Source: Dehalococcoidia bacterium (GTDB lineage Bacteria > Chloroflexota > Dehalococcoidia > Lucifugimonadales > G965248475). From it: DNA of 64,000 bases. Shown here in pieces: positions 1 through 8,433 of this stretch. The notes beneath the pieces were generated by a model. The model worked only from the letters and a program-made list of their open reading frames with translations. It was not told the DNA's origin and ran no database searches. Position numbers and translations under genes: made by a program. How positions within the stretch are numbered: the stretch's first letter is position 1; each line of letters begins with the position of its first letter. The stretch spans positions 20,746-84,745 of the forward strand of contig OZ252106.1 of the NCBI GenBank assembly GCA_965248475.1, written 5' to 3'.

Positions 1-1163
1 GGGTCGCCAGCAGGACGCCCTACGGCTACAACCGGGTCATGGTGCAGGACGGTCCCAAGAAGCGGCCCACGTTGGAACCTGATCCGGCCACCGCTCCCGT
101 GGTCGAGCGCATCTTTGGCATGGCCGAGGCAGGCAGGGGAATCCTAGACATCACCCGCACCCTCAACGACGAGGGGATCGCCAACCCCACCGGCAGGCTC
201 TGGTCCAAGAACGGAGTCCACATCATCCTCCGAAACGAGTCGTACACGGGGACTCTGGTCTGGGGCGCCGACGCCAAGGACAAGGCAGACCCGGTTCGGG
301 TGGAGAAGGCCTTTCCCGCCATCATCTCCAAGACCCGGTTCCGCCGAGTGAACCGGAAGCTTCGCTCCCGCGCTCCCAAGCGGAGCCACCCCCGCCGGGT
401 CGGAAGCTCCTACCTCCTCAGCGGACTGGTCAAGTGCAAGACCTGCAACCGCGCCCTCTCCGGTCAGGACGCCAAGAGCGGCAAGTTCTCCTACTACGTC
501 TGCCAGTCGGTGATGAAGCGGGGCAGTGGGGCCTGCAACGCCCCCAGGCTCAACGCCCGCCGCTTCGAGGAGCAGGTGGTCGGCAAGATTCGGGAGAACG
601 TGCTCACCGAGTCCAACATCCGGGAGTTGGTGAAGCTGGTGGACGAGGAGATGGACGGAGTTGCCAAGGAGCAACGTCAAAGGCTGGAGACCATCGACTC
701 GGAGCTTGTGGACGTGAAGCGCAGGCTGGACCGGCTCTACAACCTGGTGGAGACCACAGACCTGGACGTCGACGACTTCAAGCCCCGCATCCGGGAGCAC
801 CGGGAGCGGCAGGAGAGGCTTGAAGCCACGGCGGAGGAGGCGAGGGCGATGCTCTCCCAGCGCAAGGAGGTCCTGGACGACGTGGAGACCATCACGGCCT
901 ACGCCCAGGACCTGAGTGTGTTCCTGAACGAGAGCGAGCTGACGGAGCGCAGGGCCTTCATCGAGAGCTTCGTGAAGGAGGTCGTGGTCATGCCCGGCAA
1001 CGCCGTGGTGCGCTACACGATTCCGATGCCCGACGACAGCCCCATCCCTGGGAAAGATGCCGAGGAGATGGCGCTGAACGGCTCGGTTCTGTCTACCGTC
1101 AAGTTTGGTGGGCGATCCTGGACTCGAACCAGGGACCTCAGTCTTATCAGGACTGCGCTCTAA
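1..1163 (+). CDS. large serine recombinase, C-terminal part (5' end lies left of the window)
   Basis: Frame is open from the window edge (..PYGYNRVMVQDG..). Recombinase domain, Cys-rich zinc ribbon (CKTCNRALSG..YYVC..GACN) and long coiled-coil layout. Clear paralogue of the 49473..51061 gene. The last 19 codons are antisense tRNA-Ile. Confidence 0.85.
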   Translation, partial: VASRTPYGYNRVMVQDGPKKRPTLEPDPATAPVVERIFGMAEAGRGILDITRTLNDEGIANPTGRLWSKNGVHIILRNESYTGTLVWGADAKDKADPVRVEKAFPAIISKTRFRRVNRKLRSRAPKRSHPRRVGSSYLLSGLVKCKTCNRALSGQDAKSGKFSYYVCQSVMKRGSGACNAPRLNARRFEEQVVGKIRENVLTESNIRELVKLVDEEMDGVAKEQRQRLETIDSELVDVKRRLDRLYNLVETTDLDVDDFKPRIREHRERQERLEATAEEARAMLSQRKEVLDDVETITAYAQDLSVFLNESELTERRAFIESFVKEVVVMPGNAVVRYTIPMPDDSPIPGKDAEEMALNGSVLSTVKFGGRSWTRTRDLSLIRTAL

Positions 1164-1182
1164 CCACCTGAGCTAATCGCCC
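1106..1182 (-). tRNA. tRNA-Ile (anticodon GAT), CCA encoded
   Basis: Reverse complement reads GGGCGAT-TA-GCTC-AGGTGGTTA-GAGC-G-CAGTC-CTGATAA-GACTG-AGGTC-CCTGG-TTCGAGT-CCAGG-ATCGCCC-ACCA. All four stems pair perfectly; the anticodon loop carries GAT. Confidence 0.92.
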
Positions 1183-1366
1183 TCGCTGCTGGATCAGGCT
1201 TCAGGCCCAGCATACCCCTGAACATCCTAATACGGGCTATACGGGCGTATTGCGCGTACTACGGCCATCTGTCTTCTCCATAGGCAGTATAGGAAGGCGC
1301 TCAGTAGAGTGTCAAGGAATATCGCGTGCCTGGGCCAGTGTGGTGCGGCGGTGTTTCGTGTAGGCT

Positions 1367-3475
1367 GTGCGGTGGCAGGTAGGTCAGTTGAGATCAGTAT
1401 CCATATTTGGTTCTAATGTACCGGCCGGGCATCCGGCTATGACCCTTCTGGTGGGCATCCTGTTGGGGCTTTCCTTGCTGCTCTGGATGCCACTGGTGGT
1501 ATCCACCTCTACGCTGCATCCCTTTGTTGTCGGCAAGTCGCTCTACGCACGGGCGTTGATTGAGCTGGTCGCGGCGCTGTGGGTCGTCCTACTTCTATAC
1601 GATAGGTCATATCTGCCGCGCCGTTCCTGGGTCGTGGCAATATTTGGCGGGTACGTGGCGGTGGCGCTCCTTTCGGCGCTACAGGGCGCAGACGTTGTTC
1701 ATAGCATATGGGGCGACTACTTACGCATGCTCGGCGTGTGGAATCTGTTTCACTGGTTCCTGCTGACGCTGGTGGCATCCTCAGTGCTGCGCACACCCAG
1801 GGCGTGGCGTATAGCCTTCAACGTCAACCTTGGCATCGCTCTGCTGCTGTCACTTCTGGCCCTGTCACAGGCATATGGGGTTTCACTGCTGTACCGGCTG
1901 CCGCTGCTTCCAGAGTTGGCCGCCAAGTGCAGGGTGGATGCGAGCCTGGGCAACCCTGCCTATCTGGGCGCTATCCTCATGGTGAACATTGTGCTGGCGG
2001 CGGGGCTGCTGACCAGCTCCTTTGTAGCTACAGGAGATGACACGTCGTTGCCACGGGGACGTGACGAACGGCAGGAGCGCACCCGCTGGTGGGTATCGGG
2101 CCTCTACTGGCAGAGGGCGTTTTGGGCTGTCTCGGTTGGGCTGGCAATGTGGGTGCTGTTCTATACGGGAACTCGCGGCTCGCTCCTGGGTCTGGCTGCT
2201 GGTGCCGTGGCGATGCCGATAGGCGCGGCTATCTGGGGCAACCGAAGGGCAATTCTCCCGATCTCGTTCGCGGCGGAGGGCATACTCATAGCGCTTGCCT
2301 TCCTGTTCGTAGTCGACCAGGCTGTGGGATTACCCGTAGCAGAGGGGTGCAGTAAGCGTGTGGCCTCTACCCGGTTGGTCAATACGTCCCTGGGTGAGAG
2401 CAACGTATCTACGCGCGTGGAAGCGGCGGAGATTGGATGGAGGGCGTTTCTGGACCGGCCATTGTTGGGTTGGGGCCCTGAGAACTTCCAGCGGGCCTTT
2501 GAGAACCTGGCAACCGCATCTTTCTATCAGAGTGGCAGCGGGTCATTCGATAACGCTCACAACAAGGTGGTCGACGAGCTTGCCACCAAGGGCGCTATAG
2601 GCACGCTGTTCTACGCGGCGCTGTGGGGTGCGCTGGTGTGGGTGGTGGTCCGCAGACGCAGACCGCCCGATGAGGAAGTGATGGCCTACGCCGTCCTTGG
2701 AGCCCTTGGGGCCTACTTTGTGAACAATATGTTCCTGTCCGATGTCAACGGAGCGTTGCTGCAATGGGCCTTGCTGGTGGCCTGGGTAATCGCCCAGGAA
2801 CAGACGCCGAGCGAGGAGGACAAGGCAAGCGGACGCGGCCCGGTGTTCCTGCGCTCCCTACGTCTGCCATCAGGCCCGCTGGCCAGGGTTGGTCTTAGCG
2901 CGGCTGTCGTTGCTGTACTGGGTACGTCCCTGTACCTTCTCAACTACCGTCCGCTGGATGCGTCCAGGGAGTTTCTAGGCGCCTTCGCCGAGGGGCGGCC
3001 ATTGCAGGAGCGGCTCGATCTGGCAGGTTCCAGCTTCGACACCTTTTCTCCGCTGGCCGGCTATCCCAGGCGGTTGTGGTTCGAGCAGTTGGGCAGCCGG
3101 TGGGACAGCTTTGCGCCGGGAGAGAAGAACCTGGTGGCGTCGGTTGTGATCAGGGAGGTGCCGCGCGCGCTGGAGGATGCGCCCAGGGACTCACTGCTAC
3201 TGAAATCGGCAATACGGTTGCTCCAGGAGGTGGACCCCACGCCTCAGGCAGCCGAAAGCCTCGATCCCCTGGCGGACAGGCTGCTGGAGTTGGCACCGCA
3301 AAGGGTGTCCACCTTCCTGGTGCTTGTGAACCAGGCGCTGCTCAAAGCTGACTATTGGGGGGCACTGCGTATCATAAAAGAATATGAGGATGAAGCGCCG
3401 TGGACGGAGGGGCACTTCATTGCCTTCAAGGAGGCGGCACAGGATGGACTGCGAGAGGAATTTGGAGGCACCTAG
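1367..3475 (+). CDS. O-antigen ligase/polymerase-like (Wzy_C-type) polytopic membrane protein with soluble C-terminal extension
   Basis: Many hydrophobic spans. YTGTRGSLLGL and NAHNKVVDELATKGAIG motifs are typical of the O-antigen ligase family. The real start may be ATG 1439 (MTLLVGILLG), same frame. Confidence 0.7.
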   Translation: MRWQVGQLRSVSIFGSNVPAGHPAMTLLVGILLGLSLLLWMPLVVSTSTLHPFVVGKSLYARALIELVAALWVVLLLYDRSYLPRRSWVVAIFGGYVAVALLSALQGADVVHSIWGDYLRMLGVWNLFHWFLLTLVASSVLRTPRAWRIAFNVNLGIALLLSLLALSQAYGVSLLYRLPLLPELAAKCRVDASLGNPAYLGAILMVNIVLAAGLLTSSFVATGDDTSLPRGRDERQERTRWWVSGLYWQRAFWAVSVGLAMWVLFYTGTRGSLLGLAAGAVAMPIGAAIWGNRRAILPISFAAEGILIALAFLFVVDQAVGLPVAEGCSKRVASTRLVNTSLGESNVSTRVEAAEIGWRAFLDRPLLGWGPENFQRAFENLATASFYQSGSGSFDNAHNKVVDELATKGAIGTLFYAALWGALVWVVVRRRRPPDEEVMAYAVLGALGAYFVNNMFLSDVNGALLQWALLVAWVIAQEQTPSEEDKASGRGPVFLRSLRLPSGPLARVGLSAAVVAVLGTSLYLLNYRPLDASREFLGAFAEGRPLQERLDLAGSSFDTFSPLAGYPRRLWFEQLGSRWDSFAPGEKNLVASVVIREVPRALEDAPRDSLLLKSAIRLLQEVDPTPQAAESLDPLADRLLELAPQRVSTFLVLVNQALLKADYWGALRIIKEYEDEAPWTEGHFIAFKEAAQDGLREEFGGT

Positions 3476-3579
3476 CGGCCATACTTGACACCAGACTCGT
3501 CGTTGAGTAGTGTGACGCTCTCCAAAGGAATTCGGCGCATAGCCTAGCAAGAGAACCGCGATAAGCAGCCAAAGGTAAA

Positions 3580-5019
3580 ATGCCCCGAGTGCTGATAGCA
3601 GTGTTCGACGGTCTTCAGTCGGCACAGGTAACGCCTGAACTGATGCCAAACCTGGCGGCCCTGGCCGCCGGTGGCGTGACATTCGCTAACCACCACGCCG
3701 TATTTCCCACGGTGACGCGCATCAACGCCGCAAGTATGGTGACTGGGCGCTACCCGGGCGGCCACGGTATCCCAGGCAACCAGATGGTGGCACGGGATTT
3801 CGACCCGTACAATTCCTTTTCGGCGCTAGAGCCTATCCTGGCCCAGGTAGCCCAGAAGACGGGTCGGGTCCTGTTGGCACCCACGCTGGCGGACATACTC
3901 CACCGGTCAGACCAGGAGTACATTGCGGTGGGCACCGGCACCAGTGGCAACGCCTATATGCACAATCCCAACGCCGAGCGCTCCGGCGGTGCCACCATCC
4001 ATCCCGACTTTTGTCTGCCGTACAGTTTGTACGATGAGATGATAGCCAGGTTCGGGCCTTGGCCCGACGACACCACGCCCAACACAGCTCGCCTGGCACA
4101 TGCGGTCAGGATTATGACCGAATACGTACTGCCGGAGCGCCAACCCGCGGCCTCACTGATCTGGTTCTCGGAGCCGGACCACGCGCAGCACGCCTACGGG
4201 GTGGGCTCGGACGTGGCCGGGACGGCCATATTCGAAGCGGATCGGGAGTTCGGTAGGCTGCTTGAGTGGCTGGCTAGGTCCGGCCTGGCGGAGGACACAG
4301 ATGTGATGGTGATATCCGACCACGGCTACTCCACTGTCGCTGAGGTGGTGGACGTTGGAACACAGGTCAGGGAGGCGGGATTTCCAGCTGGTGACCAGCG
4401 GGGTGGAGTGATTGTAGCGGGCAACGGCGGTTCCGTCCTGTTCTACACCCACGAGAGCGACCATTCCACTACGGATAGGCTTGCGGCCTGGCTCATGGCG
4501 CAGCCCTGGTGCGGAGCGATAACCTCCTCGCAGGCGATTGCTGACATAGAGGGTGCGCTGCCGGCAAACCTGGTGGGCGGTAACGGGCCGCGCGCACCGG
4601 AGCTATGGATGTCATTCAAATGGAGTTCGGAGCCGAACAGCTTCGGGCTGGCGGGCCATGCCTATGCTGCTGGCGGGACAGCAGGCCTCGGCCAGCACGG
4701 CTCCATGAGCAGGCATGAGATGCACAACATACTGTACGCCCGAGGGCCCAGCTTCAAGCAGGGCGTATCGTTGGACAGCCCTTCCGGCAACGTGGACCTA
4801 GCCCCGACAGTGCTCCACCTGCTGGGTGTTCCAGCGGACGAACCCATGGACGGGCGCGCCCTGACCGAGGCTTTGACAGGCAGTGATCCGGTGGAATGGC
4901 CAACTGACGTTCATAGGGCAGAGCGCTCGGTGCAGGGTGGCAGGTACAATCAACAGATCACCGTTTCGCTGGCAGGGAACACACTGTATGTTGACGAGGG
5001 TCAGGCCAGCCTGAGTTAG
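3580..5019 (+). CDS. alkaline-phosphatase superfamily enzyme (nucleotide pyrophosphatase/phosphodiesterase-like)
   Basis: N-terminal VLIAVFDGLQ..PNL..GVTF..FPTVTRINAASMVTGRYPGGHGI and later SDHG motifs resemble type I phosphodiesterase/NPP family metal-site residues. Confidence 0.7.
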   Translation: MPRVLIAVFDGLQSAQVTPELMPNLAALAAGGVTFANHHAVFPTVTRINAASMVTGRYPGGHGIPGNQMVARDFDPYNSFSALEPILAQVAQKTGRVLLAPTLADILHRSDQEYIAVGTGTSGNAYMHNPNAERSGGATIHPDFCLPYSLYDEMIARFGPWPDDTTPNTARLAHAVRIMTEYVLPERQPAASLIWFSEPDHAQHAYGVGSDVAGTAIFEADREFGRLLEWLARSGLAEDTDVMVISDHGYSTVAEVVDVGTQVREAGFPAGDQRGGVIVAGNGGSVLFYTHESDHSTTDRLAAWLMAQPWCGAITSSQAIADIEGALPANLVGGNGPRAPELWMSFKWSSEPNSFGLAGHAYAAGGTAGLGQHGSMSRHEMHNILYARGPSFKQGVSLDSPSGNVDLAPTVLHLLGVPADEPMDGRALTEALTGSDPVEWPTDVHRAERSVQGGRYNQQITVSLAGNTLYVDEGQASLS

Positions 5020-6696
5020 CTACCTGTAAGGGTAGTCGGTGACGCTGTCCTCAGCAGCTATCAGGATAACACGGTCCGAAGGCGCCTCCCGTACCCGGGA
5101 CACCAGTTCGGCTACTTGAGTGTCCGAGAGAACCGGCACAGCGCCCTCAGGGGCCACCACCCGCATGACCCGGATGCGCGTCCCCAGCGCCTCCTCCAAC
5201 CTGGCCGTTAGCTCGTCCGCGCCCTCGCCCACCAGCATGGTTATCGACTTGCGTGCCGGTACGGCCTCGGCGCCAGCCTCCTGGTCCTCCCGCAGGACCT
5301 GCCAGTGGTATGGCAGGAGGGCACCAGCCGTCGCCACTACGCCCAAGAGCCATTTGCCGTCGCGCAGGAAGTCCAGTGAGATCTCACCCCGGAGCAGGTC
5401 TGTGAGCACCATTGTCAGGAAGCCGATCAGGCTGCCCAATGCCGCTAGTGCCAGGATACCCATGACACCGTACACGTAGATGCGCCGCGATGTGGCGGTG
5501 CGCTCGCCTATGCTCAGCGATGCCACCTGCCGCTGTATGCGTGGCCAGGACCAGAACCAGAGGGGGGCGCCGATGATGAGCAGCGTCAACGAAACGGCCA
5601 GCATGTCCCGCCAGGCGTCCGCCCCAGTAAGTGTATCCCTGGCGGATGGTATCAATAGCCCTATGACCAGTCCTATGAGCATGGGCGTCGCAGCAGCCAT
5701 AGCGCCCAGACCCATGGCCGACATAGCGTAGCCAAAGGAACGCCGCGCGCCTGGAATGCGGGATGCCATCCGTTGCGACTCCTCACGGACCACCTGCCAG
5801 TGGTAGGCAAGCAGAGCGCCTCCAACCAGCATGGCGGGTAGCAGGCTCGGTATCAGGCGGAAGTGGATGGCCGTCTCTGAAAGGCCTGGCACACCCAGCA
5901 GCCATCTGAGCAGGCCGTTGAGTATGCCAGCCACTGAGAACAGTACGGTAAGGGCGCCTCCCAGGAAGGCGAAGATGTAGAGGTACACCTGCCTTAGAGT
6001 GGATTCGATGTCGTCTCGAGCGAAGTAGAGCCAGTGGAAGGTCCACCAGGCGCCCCCAGCGACGGCCGCGGCCAGCGCATCGAGCATTCCATTGCCCCAC
6101 AGTCCTCCACCCGAAACCATGAACTGCCCATTTGTCAGCGCATCGTAGATACCGCCCAGGAGCACCCCCAGGATGCCGGCTATGCCCGCCGCCATGACGC
6201 CCAACCCGTAGAGGCTGGTAAGGTAGGCGTACCAGCGGCGCAATGTCAGGCCCCCGGCGGATGGTTCTTCTTCGTGGTGCTCCAGGTGCCAGTGATATGC
6301 CCAGACTGTCCCCCACGCCAGGACCTGCCCAATCCAGCTAGAATCGAATGTATCCGTCCCGAAGGCCCAGCGCAGCAGAGATACGATCGAGACGAACGTG
6401 AGGAGTGCGGATAGGAACATGACGCCGTATAGGTATAGCTTGCGCAGGACAGCACTGGTCTCCTGCGGATCGCGGTCTATCTGTCGCTGAGCCATGATCC
6501 AATGGACTGTCCAGAGCGGGGCGGCAACAACGATCATGGCTACACTCAGGCTCAACTGCTCGGCCAAATCGCCGGCGATGTTCCGATCCAGCAGTTGGTC
6601 CAGTAGGTATCTGAACAGCAGCGATGTCCCGCTGGCTGTCACTACCAGCGCCACGAAGGAGACACCGTAGATATAGAGCCGCTTCATGGTGTTCAT
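5020..6696 (-). CDS. polytopic membrane protein built from repeated two-helix modules (DUF5671-like), C-terminal soluble domain
   Basis: Five to six repeats of R-[KR]-x-Y-[ILV]-Y-G-V..(TM)..(TM)..W..HW (KRLYIYGV, RKLYLYGV, RRWYAYLT, RQVYLYIF, RRIYVYGV). Its stop codon abuts the stop of the convergent 3580..5019 gene. Confidence 0.6.
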   Translation of the reverse strand: MNTMKRLYIYGVSFVALVVTASGTSLLFRYLLDQLLDRNIAGDLAEQLSLSVAMIVVAAPLWTVHWIMAQRQIDRDPQETSAVLRKLYLYGVMFLSALLTFVSIVSLLRWAFGTDTFDSSWIGQVLAWGTVWAYHWHLEHHEEEPSAGGLTLRRWYAYLTSLYGLGVMAAGIAGILGVLLGGIYDALTNGQFMVSGGGLWGNGMLDALAAAVAGGAWWTFHWLYFARDDIESTLRQVYLYIFAFLGGALTVLFSVAGILNGLLRWLLGVPGLSETAIHFRLIPSLLPAMLVGGALLAYHWQVVREESQRMASRIPGARRSFGYAMSAMGLGAMAAATPMLIGLVIGLLIPSARDTLTGADAWRDMLAVSLTLLIIGAPLWFWSWPRIQRQVASLSIGERTATSRRIYVYGVMGILALAALGSLIGFLTMVLTDLLRGEISLDFLRDGKWLLGVVATAGALLPYHWQVLREDQEAGAEAVPARKSITMLVGEGADELTARLEEALGTRIRVMRVVAPEGAVPVLSDTQVAELVSRVREAPSDRVILIAAEDSVTDYPYR

Positions 6697-6710
6697 TGGC
6701 GTACGCCCGC

Positions 6711-7262
6711 CTACTCTGCGGGCCTGGGTTCGATGATTTCGCCGTCAGGCTGTGGGCAGCGATAGGTGGGCCATGGCACCTGAGAGAACCGCCACGATCC
6801 GTCGTCCTGAAGCTCCAGAGTGAACTCCAGACTCGTGGTGTACTCGCGCGGGGTCAGGTCAAAGGGCTGCGGCGTTCTCAGATCGTTGACGTCAACGCTG
6901 ACCCGGGCCTCGGTGTCGTCGAAGTAGCGCACGTCTTGAAGGAGCATCTGGGAGTCCTCAAATCGAGTGCGCGCGCGCGTCACGCGCTTCCATTCGCTGA
7001 GGATGCACTGCTCTTGAAGGTTGGTGGACAGGTAGGCGTAGGCCGCCGTTATATCGCCGACAACCATGGCGGTCAGGTACCGCTGGGTTATCCCTTCGGG
7101 CGTGTCTTCCGGGTACTGGGCGGGTTCGCGGTCAATGAAGGAGGCTACGATTGCAACCACCACCAGCATGGCCAGGGCCGCACCCATACCCATTAGCCAG
7201 CGATTTGACTTCGCCATTTCTTGAACCGCCTCATGCCGAGGATACGTCGTATGCGTCTCCAC
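6711..7262 (-). CDS. hypothetical membrane-anchored protein
   Basis: ORF with one N-terminal hydrophobic helix (WLMGMGAALAMLVVVAIVASF) and a soluble domain. Alternative start at 7217 (MAKSNRW). No recognisable family. Confidence 0.5.
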   Translation of the reverse strand: METHTTYPRHEAVQEMAKSNRWLMGMGAALAMLVVVAIVASFIDREPAQYPEDTPEGITQRYLTAMVVGDITAAYAYLSTNLQEQCILSEWKRVTRARTRFEDSQMLLQDVRYFDDTEARVSVDVNDLRTPQPFDLTPREYTTSLEFTLELQDDGSWRFSQVPWPTYRCPQPDGEIIEPRPAE

Positions 7263-7466
7263 TATAGCACCGGTGTTTCATGGGTGCCGTACTCTTGCGC
7301 TGTTCGGCCTACGGCCTAAAATGGCCCCTGCCGGATAACTCAGGAACGGAGACTTAGCGTATGGGAAAGATAGTTGGCATAGGCGGCGGAGACATGGAAG
7401 CGCTCGACTTTTCGGAAGGGCACTTCCTTCCAGTCGTACCAACCTAATGAACCCTAGCGGCCGTGA

Positions 7467-7727
7467 TTACGGTCGCTGCTCGGTCAGCCTGGGTACGACT
7501 GGTCTCAACCATCGGGAGACGCCGATCACGGCCCATGCGATGCTAAGCGGTAGGATCAGGGCATTCGGCCAGTATTCAGTTATGAATCCGTTGACGGGCG
7601 CTACTGCGAACACGGCGAGGATGAGCAGCACAGGAGCCCATATAGTTAGAGTCCTTGCCTCCCAAGCGGTAGCTCCGAATATTATTGTGGCTGCAAGGAT
7701 CGCCATGATTGCAAGAAACTCAACCAT
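7467..7727 (-). CDS. hypothetical small membrane protein
   Basis: 86-aa ORF with three hydrophobic spans. Its start overlaps the stop of 7720..8193 (ATGGTTGA). Visibly lower GC than neighbours. Confidence 0.35.
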   Translation of the reverse strand: MVEFLAIMAILAATIIFGATAWEARTLTIWAPVLLILAVFAVAPVNGFITEYWPNALILPLSIAWAVIGVSRWLRPVVPRLTEQRP

Positions 7728-8193
7728 GAACCCCGAGCCCCAGAGTTGTTTGCCAATAAAACCTGGTATCGATACTGCCCAAGTAGGAGGAGACGTCGCC
7801 TACCATGGCGACCCATACCGCCCCGTACATTCCCCTCCAACTCCACAAGGTCAGTCGTGAAGCCCAACCTACATGGTTAGCCGGACGAACTGTCCTCATT
7901 ATCGGTATCATCATCAAGTATACGAGGAAAATGAATTTGCCATAGATCTGGTAAGGCAATCCCTCGCCCCATCCCTTTGTTGGGCCGAAGCTCAGCAATC
8001 CCCAGGACTCCAGTAAAGGACCGAACGTCCTCTCGATCAAGGGCTCGTCAGACCAATTCACGCCAGGCTCATACATCCAAACGGAAGCCATAAAAGGGGT
8101 AACTGCGAGACAAACCATAGTTCCGATGAGAGCGGCCAGAGCGCTCCACCGCGCGGGCCGGGTTGACATGGAAGTGTCTAAGGGCGGCTTCAA
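7720..8193 (-). CDS. hypothetical membrane protein
   Basis: 157-aa ORF with several hydrophobic spans, no recognisable family. It could be one gene with 7467..7727. Confidence 0.4.
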   Translation of the reverse strand: MKPPLDTSMSTRPARWSALAALIGTMVCLAVTPFMASVWMYEPGVNWSDEPLIERTFGPLLESWGLLSFGPTKGWGEGLPYQIYGKFIFLVYLMMIPIMRTVRPANHVGWASRLTLWSWRGMYGAVWVAMVGDVSSYLGSIDTRFYWQTTLGLGVHG

Positions 8194-8433
8194 TGAGGAG
8201 CCCTCACTAACCCTGTGGCAGAGTTACGGAACCGAGCGCTGGGCGTAATCCGCATCAGGTTCTCCCCGAGGAATAGCCATTCGTCGGCCAACGACGAAAT
8301 GCCGGGTCGAGATAAGCGTCAGCCACGCAAACAGCAAGCCGTAAAACATGAGGGAAGACCGTATCAGCACCTATAATGCGTAGCCTACGGTTTCCAATGT
8401 TCTGTGCATCGTATCAACTCCTAATCTAATCCT

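Noticed and set aside
8194-8433. Possible small ORF (MFYGLLFAWLTLISTRHF..) upstream of 7720..8193
   Set aside because: It is about 41 codons with no ribosome-binding site or homology signal. It could be the displaced 5' end of the membrane-protein gene, but the evidence is too thin.
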